Assembly: GCA_964016885.1 (NCBI GenBank)
Contig: OZ024740.1
Location: 85,560,001-85,624,000, forward strand
Direction: 5' to 3'
Source of the DNA: Eledone cirrhosa
Taxonomy: Eukaryota
Length of the DNA: 64,000 bases
The stretch's first letter is position 1. Every line of letters starts with the position of its first letter. Made by a program: the position numbers and the translations under genes. This document shows positions 19,224 to 30,400 of this stretch, piece by piece. The notes beneath the pieces are model-generated. The model did no database searches, was not told the origin of the DNA, and saw only the letters and a list, made by a program, of their open reading frames with translations.

Positions 19224-19280
19224 TATTTGATCACATGAATGTCTATATTTATTAATATTTTGAAGTAATATATATATATA

Positions 19281-20267
19281 TACAAGACTGGCTGCCCATG
19301 GGAACTCCTATATGCAGACGACCTGACACTCATAGCGGAATCAATGGCCGAGCTAGAGAAGAAATTCCAAACATGGAAGCACGGCCTAGAATCAAAAGGC
19401 CTTAAAATTAACCTGGCTAAGACTAAAGTTCTAGTTTGTAGGAAAGAAAATAAGGCGGCGGTCCCTTCTGGGAAATGGTCGTGCTCGGTGTGTAGGAAAG
19501 GCGTAGGTAGAAACTCCATTTTATGTCCTAAATGCAAAGTATGGGTGCATAAAAGATGTAGTGGGATCACAGGTAAGCTAACTAAGAACATAGATTTTAC
19601 ATGTGGCCGGTGCTCTGGTGCAATAAGTAGCAGCAAGTGCCCACAAAATACTAGCTCTTTCAATTGCGCAGAGGGTTCTATAGAAATAGTGGACAGTTTC
19701 CGTTACCTGGGTGATAAAATCAGCAGTGGGGGAGGGTGCTCTGAAAGTACAGTAGCTAGAGTCAGAACTGGTTGGAAAAAGTTCAGAGAGCTTATACCAC
19801 TATTAGCTGCTAAAGGGTTCTCCCTGAAAATGAAAGGCAGGTTGTACGATGCCTGCATACGAACAGCAATGTTGCATGGCAGTGAGACCTGGGCATTGTG
19901 TGCAGAGGATATACGCAGACTAGAGAGGAACGAAGCTTGCATGCTCCGCTGGATGTGTAACAGTAATATACGTGAACGGCAAAGCATAAACGAACTAAGG
20001 AAAAAATTAGAAATAAGAGGGATCAGATGTTGTTTACTCGAGAGAAGGCTACGTTGGTATGGACACGTGATGCGCATGAAAGTCGATAGCTGTATAACAA
20101 AGTGCAGGGCAATAAAGATAGACGGTAGCCACGGAATAGGCAGACCTAGAAAAACCTGGGACGAGCTGATAAACTCCGACCTCACACACTTACACCTCTC
20201 CAAGACAATGTCACTGGACCGAGACCTTTGGCGGTACTCAGTAACAGAGAAGACCCGCCTTACCTAA
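19281..20267 (+). pseudogene. C-terminal RT region of the RTE LINE, uninterrupted, containing a C4HC3 (PHD-type) finger
   Basis: The frame is open from the TA junction at 19281 through ORF 19344..20267. CSVC...CPKCKVWVHKRC...CGRC at 19482-19613. Confidence 0.85.
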
Positions 20268-20643
20268 ATACATAGTAAAACCTACTACAGCCAGTAGGCA
20301 TCTCTAACAAAATACCCCTCCCCCCCGTCCCACCCCGCTCTATGTAAAGTTATGTTGGTGCCACACCATCCAGGCCGAAACAAATGAGATCGTGTAGGTG
20401 TCACGACAAAAAAACACACAGTCCACGCTGTAATGTGGCCGTGTAGGCAACACGGTAAAAACCTCCCAGACCCACACTGTAAATGTGGTTGGTGTTAGGA
20501 AGGGCATCCAACTGTAGAAAACCTGCCAGACAGTCCTATGCGAGCAAGACAATCACTCTTGCCTCAAGTGGGACTACCCCCGTCCAAACCCATGCAAGCG
20601 TGGAACACGGACGTTAAACGATGATGATGATGATGATGATGAC
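19281..20643 (+). mobile_element. 5'-truncated RTE-clade LINE with (GAT)n tail
   Basis: KTGCPWELLYADDL, GLKINLAKTKVL, FRYLGDKI, GWKKFREL, MLHGSETW, RRLRWYGHVMR, GRPRKTW. The 3' UTR ends in GACGTTAAAC(GAT)n. Confidence 0.92.
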
Positions 20644-20654
20644 ACATATACATA

Positions 20655-20975
20655 TAACATCAACATTATTTAATGTATATTTTCCATGCTTATATGGGTT
20701 AGACAGATTGTTACATATTGAGGATAGATTTGTCAGGTGACTAAGTCTTGCTTATGCGTTCTGCTTTTGGCCTGGTTTCTACAGCTGGATGCTCTTCCTA
20801 ATGCCAACCACTTTACACTGTATACTAGGGACCATTTTATCGTGACTTCAGCATTACCACCTTATGGGGGTGGACTAGGTGCTTTTGGTCATGGTACCAA
20901 CACTATTGCTTTTCAGGACAGAATGGGTGGTTTTCGTTGTGGCACCAGTAAATATACTTTACAGTGTGTGGTCAT
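20655..20975 (-). mobile_element. Old inverted RTE/SINE-type 3' end with 3-4 degenerate 48-bp units
   Basis: TTTTCCATGCT and GGTTTCTACAGCTGGATGCTCTTCCTAATGCCAACCACTTTACA are reverse complements of the RTE 3' UTR. Confidence 0.7.
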
Positions 20976-21036
20976 TTTGCCATGTTTGACACGTTTGAGA
21001 AAGCAATGATGGGAAGGGTGAAGCTATATACATATA

Positions 21037-21165
21037 TCATCATCATCGTCCCCATTTAGCATCCATTTTCCATGCTAGACAAGTTAGATGACTGTGCCTT
21101 GATCATATAGAACTGTTTCTGGCTTGGTTTCTATGGCTGGATGTTCTTCCTAACACCAACTGCAT
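21037..21165 (-). mobile_element. Old inverted RTE/SINE-type 3' end
   Basis: (CAT)n, CATTTTCCATGCTAG, GGTTTCTATGGCTGGATGTTCTTCCTAACACCAAC. Confidence 0.75.
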
Positions 21166-21902
21166 TTACAGTGTGGACTGGGTTCTTTCTATTGTGGCAT
21201 CAAAACAACCATTTTACATAGTGGACTGGGCCTTTTTTGTTGTGACATCAACAAGACTACTTTACAGTGTGGACTGGGCGTTTTTTGTTGAGACCAACAT
21301 GACTATTTCACAGAGTAGACTGGGCGCTTTTTGTTGTGACATCAACATGACCCCTTTACAGGTTGGACTGGGCACTTTTGTCATGTCATGAAAATGATCA
21401 CTTTGCAGTGAGGACTGGGTGCATTTTGTTGTGTCACCAACATTACCACTTTACAGATTGGACTGGGTGCTTTTTTGGTGTGTCACCATCATGACTACAT
21501 TACATGGTGGACTGGACATTTATTGTTATGTCACCAACATAACCACTCTACAAGGTGGACTGGGTGCATTTTGTCATGTAATCAACATAACTAGCTTACA
21601 GGGCAGACTAGGTGCTCTTTGTCATGCCACCAGCCTGGCTACTCCACAGGGTGTACTGGGCACCTTATGTCATGCCATTAACAATCACTTTACAGGATAG
21701 CCTGAGTGCCTCCTGTCATATCACCAACATAACCACATTACAGGGTTGACTGGATGCTTATTTGTCATGTCACTAGCATGACCACCTTACAAGGAGGATT
21801 AGGTGCTTTGTCTTGACATCAACATGAGCACCTTATGATGGACTAGGGCTTTTGTTATGTCACCAGCATGATCACCTTACAGGTTGGACTGAGAGCTTTT
21901 AG
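21165..21902 (-). repeat. Diverged minisatellite, about 16 units of 44-49 bp, derived from the RTE 3' UTR repeat
   Basis: Consensus on + is roughly TTTACAGNNTGGACTGGGTGCTTTTTGTCATGTCACCAACATGACCAC. Units start near 21165, 21213, 21261, 21307, 21355, 21402 ... 21876. Confidence 0.88.
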
Positions 21903-21934
21903 CCATTTCAGCAGCATTGTGGGAGAGTGCATTG

Positions 21935-22980
21935 GGGTACTATCCTAAGTTAAATACAGAGAAGGAGGACTTTATTTTCACTGGTAAAATAGAATATCGC
22001 AGGGGTATATTTTAAGGAATTAGTCTCTCTGCATTACTATTTATACTGTCATTAAACCCCTTGTCCTTTCTGTTGAAGAAATGTGAAGGATACAAAACTT
22101 GTTCACAGGAGGACAGGAATACAAACCTAACTCATAATTTCTTTGTGGGTGACTCGAAACTCTATGCCAAGAATATAAATAGGATGAAGAAAAACCTTGA
22201 CCTGGTTATGATGTTCTTGAAGGATATAAGAATAGAGTTTGGCTAGAATAAATGTTCATATATGATTGTAAAGCAAGGAAAAACTACAAGTTAGGAATAT
22301 TTCTATCAATGGCCTAACTGCTTCACCAGTATCTGACGAGGACTGCCACAGTTACTTAGGGATAAATGAAAATATATCCTAAGATGGAATTTGTAACAAG
22401 GAACACGTAACCAGGGAATATAACACCTGGATAAGAAAAATATGGTCTTCTGAATTCTCAGCACGCAATAAATCAGTGGCCTACAATGTTTGCTATGCTT
22501 GTGCTGACATCAACATTTTGAATACTTGATTGAATACAAGATTGAATACAAGATGAAATCTGAGCCATCGATGTTAAAACCCGAAAAATCCTAACCAACA
22601 CTGGAAATTTCAACATCAACAGTGATATAGACCATCTCTACCTGAAACATAAACAGGGAAGCAAAGGTTTAACATCAGTTCAGACAGCATTTGGGTGTTG
22701 CACCATATCCCTTGGACAAAATTTATGAATCACCAAGCATAGAAGCCCATCTATAGAATAATTCTGTCTACATGATACAAAGAAGATCATGAGAGTTGGG
22801 AAGAAGCACCTTCTGATATACTCCCTGTATGATAACCAAAAACTAACAATCAGGGAAATTGCACAGCAATACCGCAATGAAGCTATGGTTAAAAAACTGC
22901 ATGCTTATCAGCAAGAAGTCATGCATGGCTAAGTTGCCAGGGAGCTCCAAAGTGAGATTAATGTAGAGAGGCAAAGTATT
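21935..22980 (+). pseudogene. Heavily decayed RT fragment of an R4/Dong-like non-LTR retrotransposon
   Basis: Pieced translation: YRRGIF*GISLSALLFILSLNPLSFLL, LTHNFFVGDSKLYA, EFG*NKC, YLGI, KIWSSEFSARNK, IDVKTRKILT, SDIDHLYLKHKQGSKGL, MHG. Many stops and frameshifts. Confidence 0.75.
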
Positions 22981-23194
22981 CTATCTAGGTCCAACAACAT
23001 ATGCATGTGTACACATATAACTCAAAACATGTAGATCCACACATACAATAACATCCATACCTGCACACACACACACACATACAGATATACATACATGTTT
23101 ACCTAGTTGATGTTGTTTAAATTCCAATGAAAGCGTCTTGTGTCTATGGTAGAAACCGACTTTCTCCCTATTGGTAAAAATTAATAAAATAATA

Positions 23195-23377
23195 GTTTCT
23201 ACTTTAGGCACAAGGCCAGCAATTCCCCAGTACATTACTGGTACTTTATTTTATCGACTCCGTAAGGATGAAAGGCAAAGTCAACCTTGGCGGGATTTGA
23301 AATCAGATCGTAAAGGGACGTAACTATGCTGGAAAGCATGGCGTCCGACCCTCCACCGATACTGCCAATCCACCGCC
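23195..23377 (-). mobile_element. Nin-domain-like tRNA SINE with a probable ~19-bp target site duplication
   Basis: Minus strand reads GGCGGTGGATTGGCAG...TTCAAATCCCGCC...GACTTTGCCTTTCATCCTTACGGAGTCGATAAAATAAAGTACCAG. AAAAATTAATAAAATAATA occurs at 23176-23194 and 23386-23404. Confidence 0.7.
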
Positions 23378-23444
23378 ATAATTAAAAAAATTAATAAAAT
23401 AATAAAACCAGAAGAATATACATATATACATGCATACATACATT

Positions 23445-23545
23445 CATTTGACAGGCTTCTGCACAGTTTTCTTCTACCAAATTTTACCTGCAAGCTACTT
23501 GCCAAGCAGGGGCTATGTTGTGGAAGGTGCCACAGTCTTTCCTGT
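23445..23545 (-). mobile_element. Possible decayed SINE 3' fragment
   Basis: GGCTTCTGCACAGTTTTCTTCTACCAAATT...GGGGCTAT recalls a cephalopod SINE end. Recognised from memory only. Confidence 0.35.
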
Positions 23546-23614
23546 GTCATATAAAATTCTTAAGATTTTATTCAGAAAGAATTTCTTGTAGAGTCATCAG
23601 AGGGAGGGGAGATA

Positions 23615-24100
23615 AGTGTGTATGTGTGAGCTTGTGTCTGTATATGTATATATGTGTGTGTGTGTACATGTGTATATGTGATTATGTGTAAGTCTTTATG
23701 TGTGGATGTATATGTGTGTTTGGGAGGGAGTGTGTGGATATATATGTGTGCATGTATGTGTGAGTGTCTTTGTTTCTGTGTATGTGATTGTGTGTATATG
23801 TGTGTTTGAGTACATGTGGCTATGAGTGTGTGTGTGTGTGTATATGAGTGCATTTGATATGTTTGTGAGTGTGTGTATGTGTTCTCTTTATCATATGATC
23901 TCTTTCTCTCTTGTCTCAATGTCTATTCTCTTTCTTTCACCACACACTCTCTACCCCTCTCTCTATATACTCCGATCTTTCTCTCTCGCTCTTTGTTTTA
24001 TCTTTGTGATTTTTCTTTTCTTACTCTATCCTTTTTCTTTCTCTCCCTTCTCCACTCTCTCCTCTCTCCCTATATATCCCCCTCTCTCTATCTGTATCTT
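23615..24100. repeat. Degenerate (GT)n followed by (CT)n low-complexity tracts
   Basis: Direct reading. Confidence 0.85.
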
Positions 24101-24249
24101 GTTGCTATTTTTGATTTTATTTGTAGTTATGTCTTATTTTTGTTTTTTAGTTTCATTTCAATTATTTTTCTAACTTCATTCACAATAACAAAACTAAACC
24201 TCACACCCTGCATCATGACTGCAAGACCATTCTGTACACACACACTAGA

Positions 24250-24280
24250 AGTAGTAGTGGCAGTAGTGGTGGCAGTAGTG

Positions 24281-24322
<42 letters not shown>

Positions 24323-24480
24323 TCAGTAGTAGTTTCATTATTATTATTATTATTATTAGTAGTAGTAATAGTATTTGTTGTTGTTGTTGTGGTGGTAGTA
24401 GTAGTTGTGGTAGTAGTAGTGGTGGTGGTAGTAGTAGCTGTGGTAGTATGATGATAATGATAGGTGTGGGTGTGATGATA
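24250..24480. repeat. Compound trinucleotide microsatellite (GTA)n/(TTA)n/(GTT)n/(GTG)n/(GAT)n
   Basis: Direct reading; grades into the 30-bp satellite. Confidence 0.92.
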
Positions 24481-27400
24481 ATGGTGATGATGGTGGTATT
24501 GATGGTGATGATGGTTGTGGTAGTGGTATTGATGGTGATGATGGTTATGGTATTGATGGTGATGATGGTTGTGGTAGTGGTATTGATGGTGATGATGGTT
24601 GTGGTAGTGGTATTGATGGTGCTGATGGTTGTGGTATTGATGGCGTGGTATTGATGGTGATGACGGTGGTGGTAGTGGTATTGATGGTGACGATGGTTGT
24701 GGTAGTGGTATTGATGGTGACGATGGTTGTGGTAGTGGTATTGATGGTGATGATGGTTGTGGTAGTGGTATTGATGGTGATGATGGTAGTGGTATTGATG
24801 GTGAAGACGGTTGCGGTAGTGGTATTGATAGTGATGATGGTTGTGGTAGTGGTATTGATGGTGACGACGGTTGTGGTAGTGGTATTGATGGTGATGACGG
24901 TTGTGGTAGTTGTATTGATGGTGATGATGGTTGTGGTAGTGGTATTGATTGTGATGATGGTTGTGGTAGTGGTATTGATGGTGATAAGGGTTGTGGTAGT
25001 GGTATTGATGGTGATGACGGTTGTGGTAGTTGTATTGATGGTGATGATGGTTGTGGTAGTGGTATTGATGGTGATGATGGTTGTGGTAGTGGTATTGATG
25101 GTGATGATGGTTGTGGTATTGATGGTGATGAAAAGTAGTGGTAGTGGTATTTGTAGGTGATGACGGTTGTGGTAGTGGTATTGATGGTGATGATGGTTGT
25201 GGTAGTGGTATTGATGGTGATGATGGTTGTGGTATTGATGGTGATGAGGGTTGTGGTAGTGGTATTGATGGTGATGACGGTTGTGGTAGTGGTATTGATG
25301 GTGATGATGGTAGTGGTAGTGGTATTGATGGTGATGAAAAGTAGTGGTAGTGGTATTGATTGTGATGACGGTTGTGGTAGTGGTATTGATGGTGATGACG
25401 GTAGTGGTAGTAGTATAGATGGTGATGATGGTTGTGGTAGTGGTATTGATGGTGATGACGGTTGTGGTAGTGGTATTGATGGTGATGACGGTAGTGGTAG
25501 TAGTATAGATGGTGATGATGGTTGTGGTAGTGGTATTGATGGTGATGACGGTTGTGGTAGTGGTATTGATGGTGATGATGGTTGTGGTAGTGGTATTGAT
25601 GGTGATGATGGTTGTGGTAGTGGTATTGATGGTGACGACGGTTGTGGTAGTGGTATTGATGGTGATGATGGTTGTGGTAGTGGTATTGATGGTGATGATG
25701 GTTGTGGTAGTGGTATTGATGGTGATGATGGTTGTGGTAGTGGTATTGATGGTGATGACGGTTGTGGTAGTGGTATTGATGGTGATGATGGTTGTGGTAG
25801 TGGTATTGATGGTGATGATGGTTGTGGTAGTGGTATTGATGGTGACGACGGTTGTGGTAGTGGTATTGATGGTGATGATGGTTGTGGTAGTGGTATTGAT
25901 GGTGATGATGGTTGTGGTAGTGGTATTGATGGTGATGATGGTTGTGGTAGTGGTATTGATGGTGATGATGGTAGTGGTAGTGGTATTGATAGTGATGATG
26001 GTTGTGGTAGTGGTATTGATGGTGATGATGGTTGTGGTATTGATGGTGATGAGGGTTGTGGTAGTGGTATTGATGGTGATGACGGTTGTGGTAGTGGTAT
26101 TGATGGTGATGAAAAGTAGTGGTAGTGGTATTGATTGTGATGACGGTTGTGGTAGTGGTATTGATGGTGATGACGGTAGTGGTAGTAGTATAGATGGTGA
26201 TGATGGTTGTGGTAGTGGTATTGATGGTGATGACGGTTGTGGTAGTGGTATTGATGGTGATGATGGTTGTGGTAGTGGTATTGATGGTGATGATGGTTGT
26301 GGTAGTGGTATTGATGGTGACGACGGTTGTGGTAGTGGTATTGATGGTGATGATGGTTGTGGTAGTGGTATTGATGGTGATGATGGTTGTGGTAGTGGTA
26401 TTGATGGTGATGATGGTTGTGATAGTGGTATTGATGGTGATGACGGTTGTGGTAGTGGTATTGAAGGTGATGATGGTTGTGGTAGTGGTATTGATGGTGA
26501 TGATGGTAGTGGTAGTGGTATTGATAGTGATGATGGTTGTGGTAGTGGTATTGATGGTGATGATGGTTGTGGTAGTGGTATTGATGGTGATGATGGTTGT
26601 GGTAGTGGTATTGATGGTGATGACGGTTGTGGTAGTGGTATTGATGGTGATGATGGTTGTGGTAGTGGTATTGATGGTGACGACGGTTGTGGTAGTGGTA
26701 TTGATGGTGATGATGGTTGTGGTAGTGGTATTGATGGTGATGATGGTGTGGTAGTGGTATTGATGGTGACGACGGTTGTGGTAGTGGTATTGATGGTGAC
26801 GACGGTTGGGGTAGTGGTATTGATGGTGATGATGGTTGTGGTAGTGGTATTAATGGTGACGACAGTTGTGGTAGTGGTATTGATGGTGATGATGGTTGTG
26901 GTAGTGGTATTGATGGTGATGATGGTTGTGGTAGTGGTATTGATGGTGATGATGGTTGTGGTAGTGGTATTGATAGTGACGATGGTTGTGGTAGTGGTAT
27001 TGATGGTGATGATGGTTGTGGTAGTGGTATTGATGGTGATGATGGTTGTGGTAGTGGTATTGATGGTGATGATGGTTGTGGTAGTGGTATTGATGGTGAT
27101 GATGGTTGTGATAGTGGTATTGATGGTGATGATGGTTGTGGTAGTGGTATTGATGGTGATGATGGTTGTGGTAGTGGTATTGATGGTGATGATGGTTGTG
27201 GTAGTGGTATTGATGGTGATGATGGTTGTGGTAGTGGTATTGATGGTGATGATGGTTGTGGTAGTGGTATTGATGGTGATGATGGTTGTGGTAGTGGTAT
27301 TGATGGTGATGATGGTTGTGGTAGTGGTATTGATGGTGATGACGGTTGTGGTAGTGGTATTGATGTTGATGATGGATGCAGTAGTGGTATTGATGGTGAT

Positions 27401-30400
27401 GATGGTTGTGGTAGTGGTATTGATGGTGACGACGGTTGTGGTAGCGGTATTGATGGTGATGATGGTTATGGTAGTGGTATTGATGGTGATGATTGTTGTG
27501 GTAGTGGTATTGATGGTGCTGATGGTTGTGGTAGTGGTATTGATGGTGATGATGGTTGTGGTATTGGTATTGATGGTGATGACGGTTGTGGTAGTGGTAT
27601 TGATGGTGACGACGGTTGTGGTAGTGGTATTGATGGTGATGATGGTTGTGGTAGTTGCATTGATGGTGATGACGGTTGTGGTAGTGGTATTGTTGATGAT
27701 GACGGTTGTGGTAGTGGTATTGATGGTGATGATGGTTGTGGTAGTTGCATTGATGGTGATGACGGTTGTGGTAGTGGTATTGTTGATGATGACGGTTGTG
27801 GTAGTGGTATTGATGGTGATGATGGTTGTGGTAGTGGTATTGATGGTGATGACGGTAGTGGTAGTGGTATTGATGGTGATGATGGTAGTGGTAGTGGTAT
27901 TTGATGGTGACTACGGTTGTGGTAGTGGTATTTATGGTGATGATGGTTGTGGTAGTGGTATTGATGGTGATGATGGTAGTGGTAGTGGTATTGATGGTGA
28001 TGATGGTAGTGGTATTGATGGTGATGATGTTTGTGGTAGTGGTATTGATGGTGATGATGGTTGTGGTAGTGGTATTGATGGTGATGATGGTGGTGGTAGT
28101 GGTATTGATGGTGATGATGGTGGTGGTAGTGGTATTGATGGTGACGATCGTTATGGTAGTGGTATTGATGGTGATGATGGTTGTGGTAGTGGTATTGATG
28201 GTGATGATGGTGATGGTATTGATGGCGATGTTGGTGGTGGTAGTGGTATTGATGGTGATGATGGTTATGGTATTGATGGTGATGAAAGTAGTGGTAGTGG
28301 TATTGATGGTGATGATGGTTGTGGTAGTTGTATTGATGGTGATGTTTGTTGTGGTAGTGGTATTGATGGTGATGATGGTTGTGGTAGTGGTATTGATGGT
28401 GATGACGGTTGTGGTAGTGGTATTGATGGTGATGACGGTTGTGGTAGTGGTATTGATGGTGATGATGGTTGTGGTAGTGGTATTGATGGTGATGATGGTT
28501 GTGGTATTGATGGTGAAGACGGTTGCGGTAGTGGTATTGATGGTGATGATGGTTGTGGTAGTGGTATTGATGGTGATGACGGTTGTGGTAGTGGTATTGA
28601 TGGTGACGACAGTTGTAGTAGTGATATTGATGGTGACGACGGTTGTGGTAGTGGTATTGATGGTGATGATGGTTGTGGTAGTGGTATTGATGGTGATGAT
28701 TCTTGTGGTAGTGGTATTGATGTTGATGATGGTTGTGGTAGTGGTATTGATGGTGATGATGGTTGTGGTAGTGGTATTGATGGTGATGATGGTTGTGGTA
28801 GTGGTATTGATGGTGATGATGGTTGTGGTATTGATGGTGAAGACGGTTGCGGTAGTGGTATTGATGGTGATGATGGTTGTGGTAGTGGTATTGATGGTGA
28901 TGATGGTGGTGGTAGTGGTATTGATGGTGATGATGGTGGTGGTAGTGGTATTGATGGTGACGATCGTTATGGTAGTGGTATTGATGGTGATGATGGTTGT
29001 GGTAGTGGTATTGATGGTGATGATGGTGATGGTATTGATGGCGATGATGGTGGTGGTAGTGGTATTAATGGTGATGATGGTTATGGTATTGATGGTGATG
29101 AAAGTAGTGGTAGTGGTATTGATGGTGATGATGGTTGTGGTAGTTGTATTGATGGTGATGATTGTTATGGTAGTGGTATTGATGGTGATGATGGTTGTGG
29201 TAGTGGTATTGATGGTGATGATGGTAGTGGTATTGATGGTGAAGACGGTTGCAGTAGTGATATTGATGGTGATGATGGTTGTGGTAGTGGTATTGATGGT
29301 GACGACGGTTGTGGTAGTGGTATTGATGGTGATGGTTGTGGTAGTGGTATTGATGGTGATGATGGTTGTGGTAGTGGTATTGATGGTGATGATGGTTGTG
29401 GTAGTGGTATTGATGGTGATGACGGTTGTGGTAGTGGTATTGATGGTGATGACGGTTGTGGTAGTGGTATTGATGGTGATGACGGTTGTGGTAGTGGTAT
29501 TGATGGTGACGACGGTTGTGGTAGTGGTATTGATGGTGATGATGGTTGTGGTAGTGGTATTGATGGTGATGATGGTAGTGGTATTGATGGTGATGATGGT
29601 TGTGGTAGTGGTATTGATGGTGATGATGGTTGTGGTAGTGGTATTGATGGTGATGATGGTTGTGGTAGTGGTATTGATGGTGATGATGGTTATGGTAGTG
29701 GTATTGATGGTGATGATGGTTGTGGTAGTGGTATTGATGGTGATGATGGTTGTGGTAGTGGTATTGATGGTGATGATGGTTGTGGTAGTGGTATTGATGG
29801 TGATGATGGTTGTGGTAGTGGTATTGATGGTGATGATGGTTGTGGTATTGATGGTGAAGACGGTTGCGGTAGTGGTATTGATGGTGATGATGGTTGTGGT
29901 AGTGGTATTGATGGTGATGATGGTTGTGGTAGTGGTATTGATGGTGACGACGGTTGTGGTAGTGGTATTGATGGTGACGACGGTTGTGGTAGTGGTATTG
30001 ATGGTGATGATGGTTGTGGTAGTGGTATTGATGGTGATGATTCTTGTGGTAGTGGTATTGATGGTGATGATGGTTGAGGTAGTGGTATTGATGGTGACGA
30101 CGGTTGTGGTAGTGGTATTGATGGTGATGATGGTTGCGGTAGTGGTATTGATGGTGACGACGGTTGTGGTAGTGGTATTGATGGTGATGATGGTTGCGGT
30201 AGTGGTATTGATGGTGACGACGGTTGTGGTAGTGGTATTGATGGTGCTGATGGTTGTGGTATTGATGGCGTGGTATTGATGGTGATGACGGTAGTGGTAG
30301 TGGTATTGATGGTGACGATGGTTGTGGTAGTGGTATTGATGGTGATGATGGTTGTGGTAGTGGTATTGATGGTGATGACGGTTGTGGTAGTGGTATTGAT

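Larger units (their letters stand above)
18557..19270. mobile_element. Fold-back remnant of a fourth PLE family: inverted pLTR ends with a SINE at the centre
   Basis: 18653-18764 is the reverse complement of 19106-19270 minus a ~53-nt internal segment. The right arm carries a full hammerhead. 18557-18652 shares AGAAGCACTCTACA...CTGGAGT with the PLE-1 leader. (TA)n on both sides. Confidence 0.75.

Noticed and set aside
21165-21902. CRISPR-like array
   Set aside because: Whole units are homologous and diverged, there are no unique spacers or cas genes, and the context is eukaryotic.
23572-24451. HT-rich, F/L/S-rich and poly-V ORFs
   Set aside because: Translations of (GT)n, (CT)n and trinucleotide repeats.
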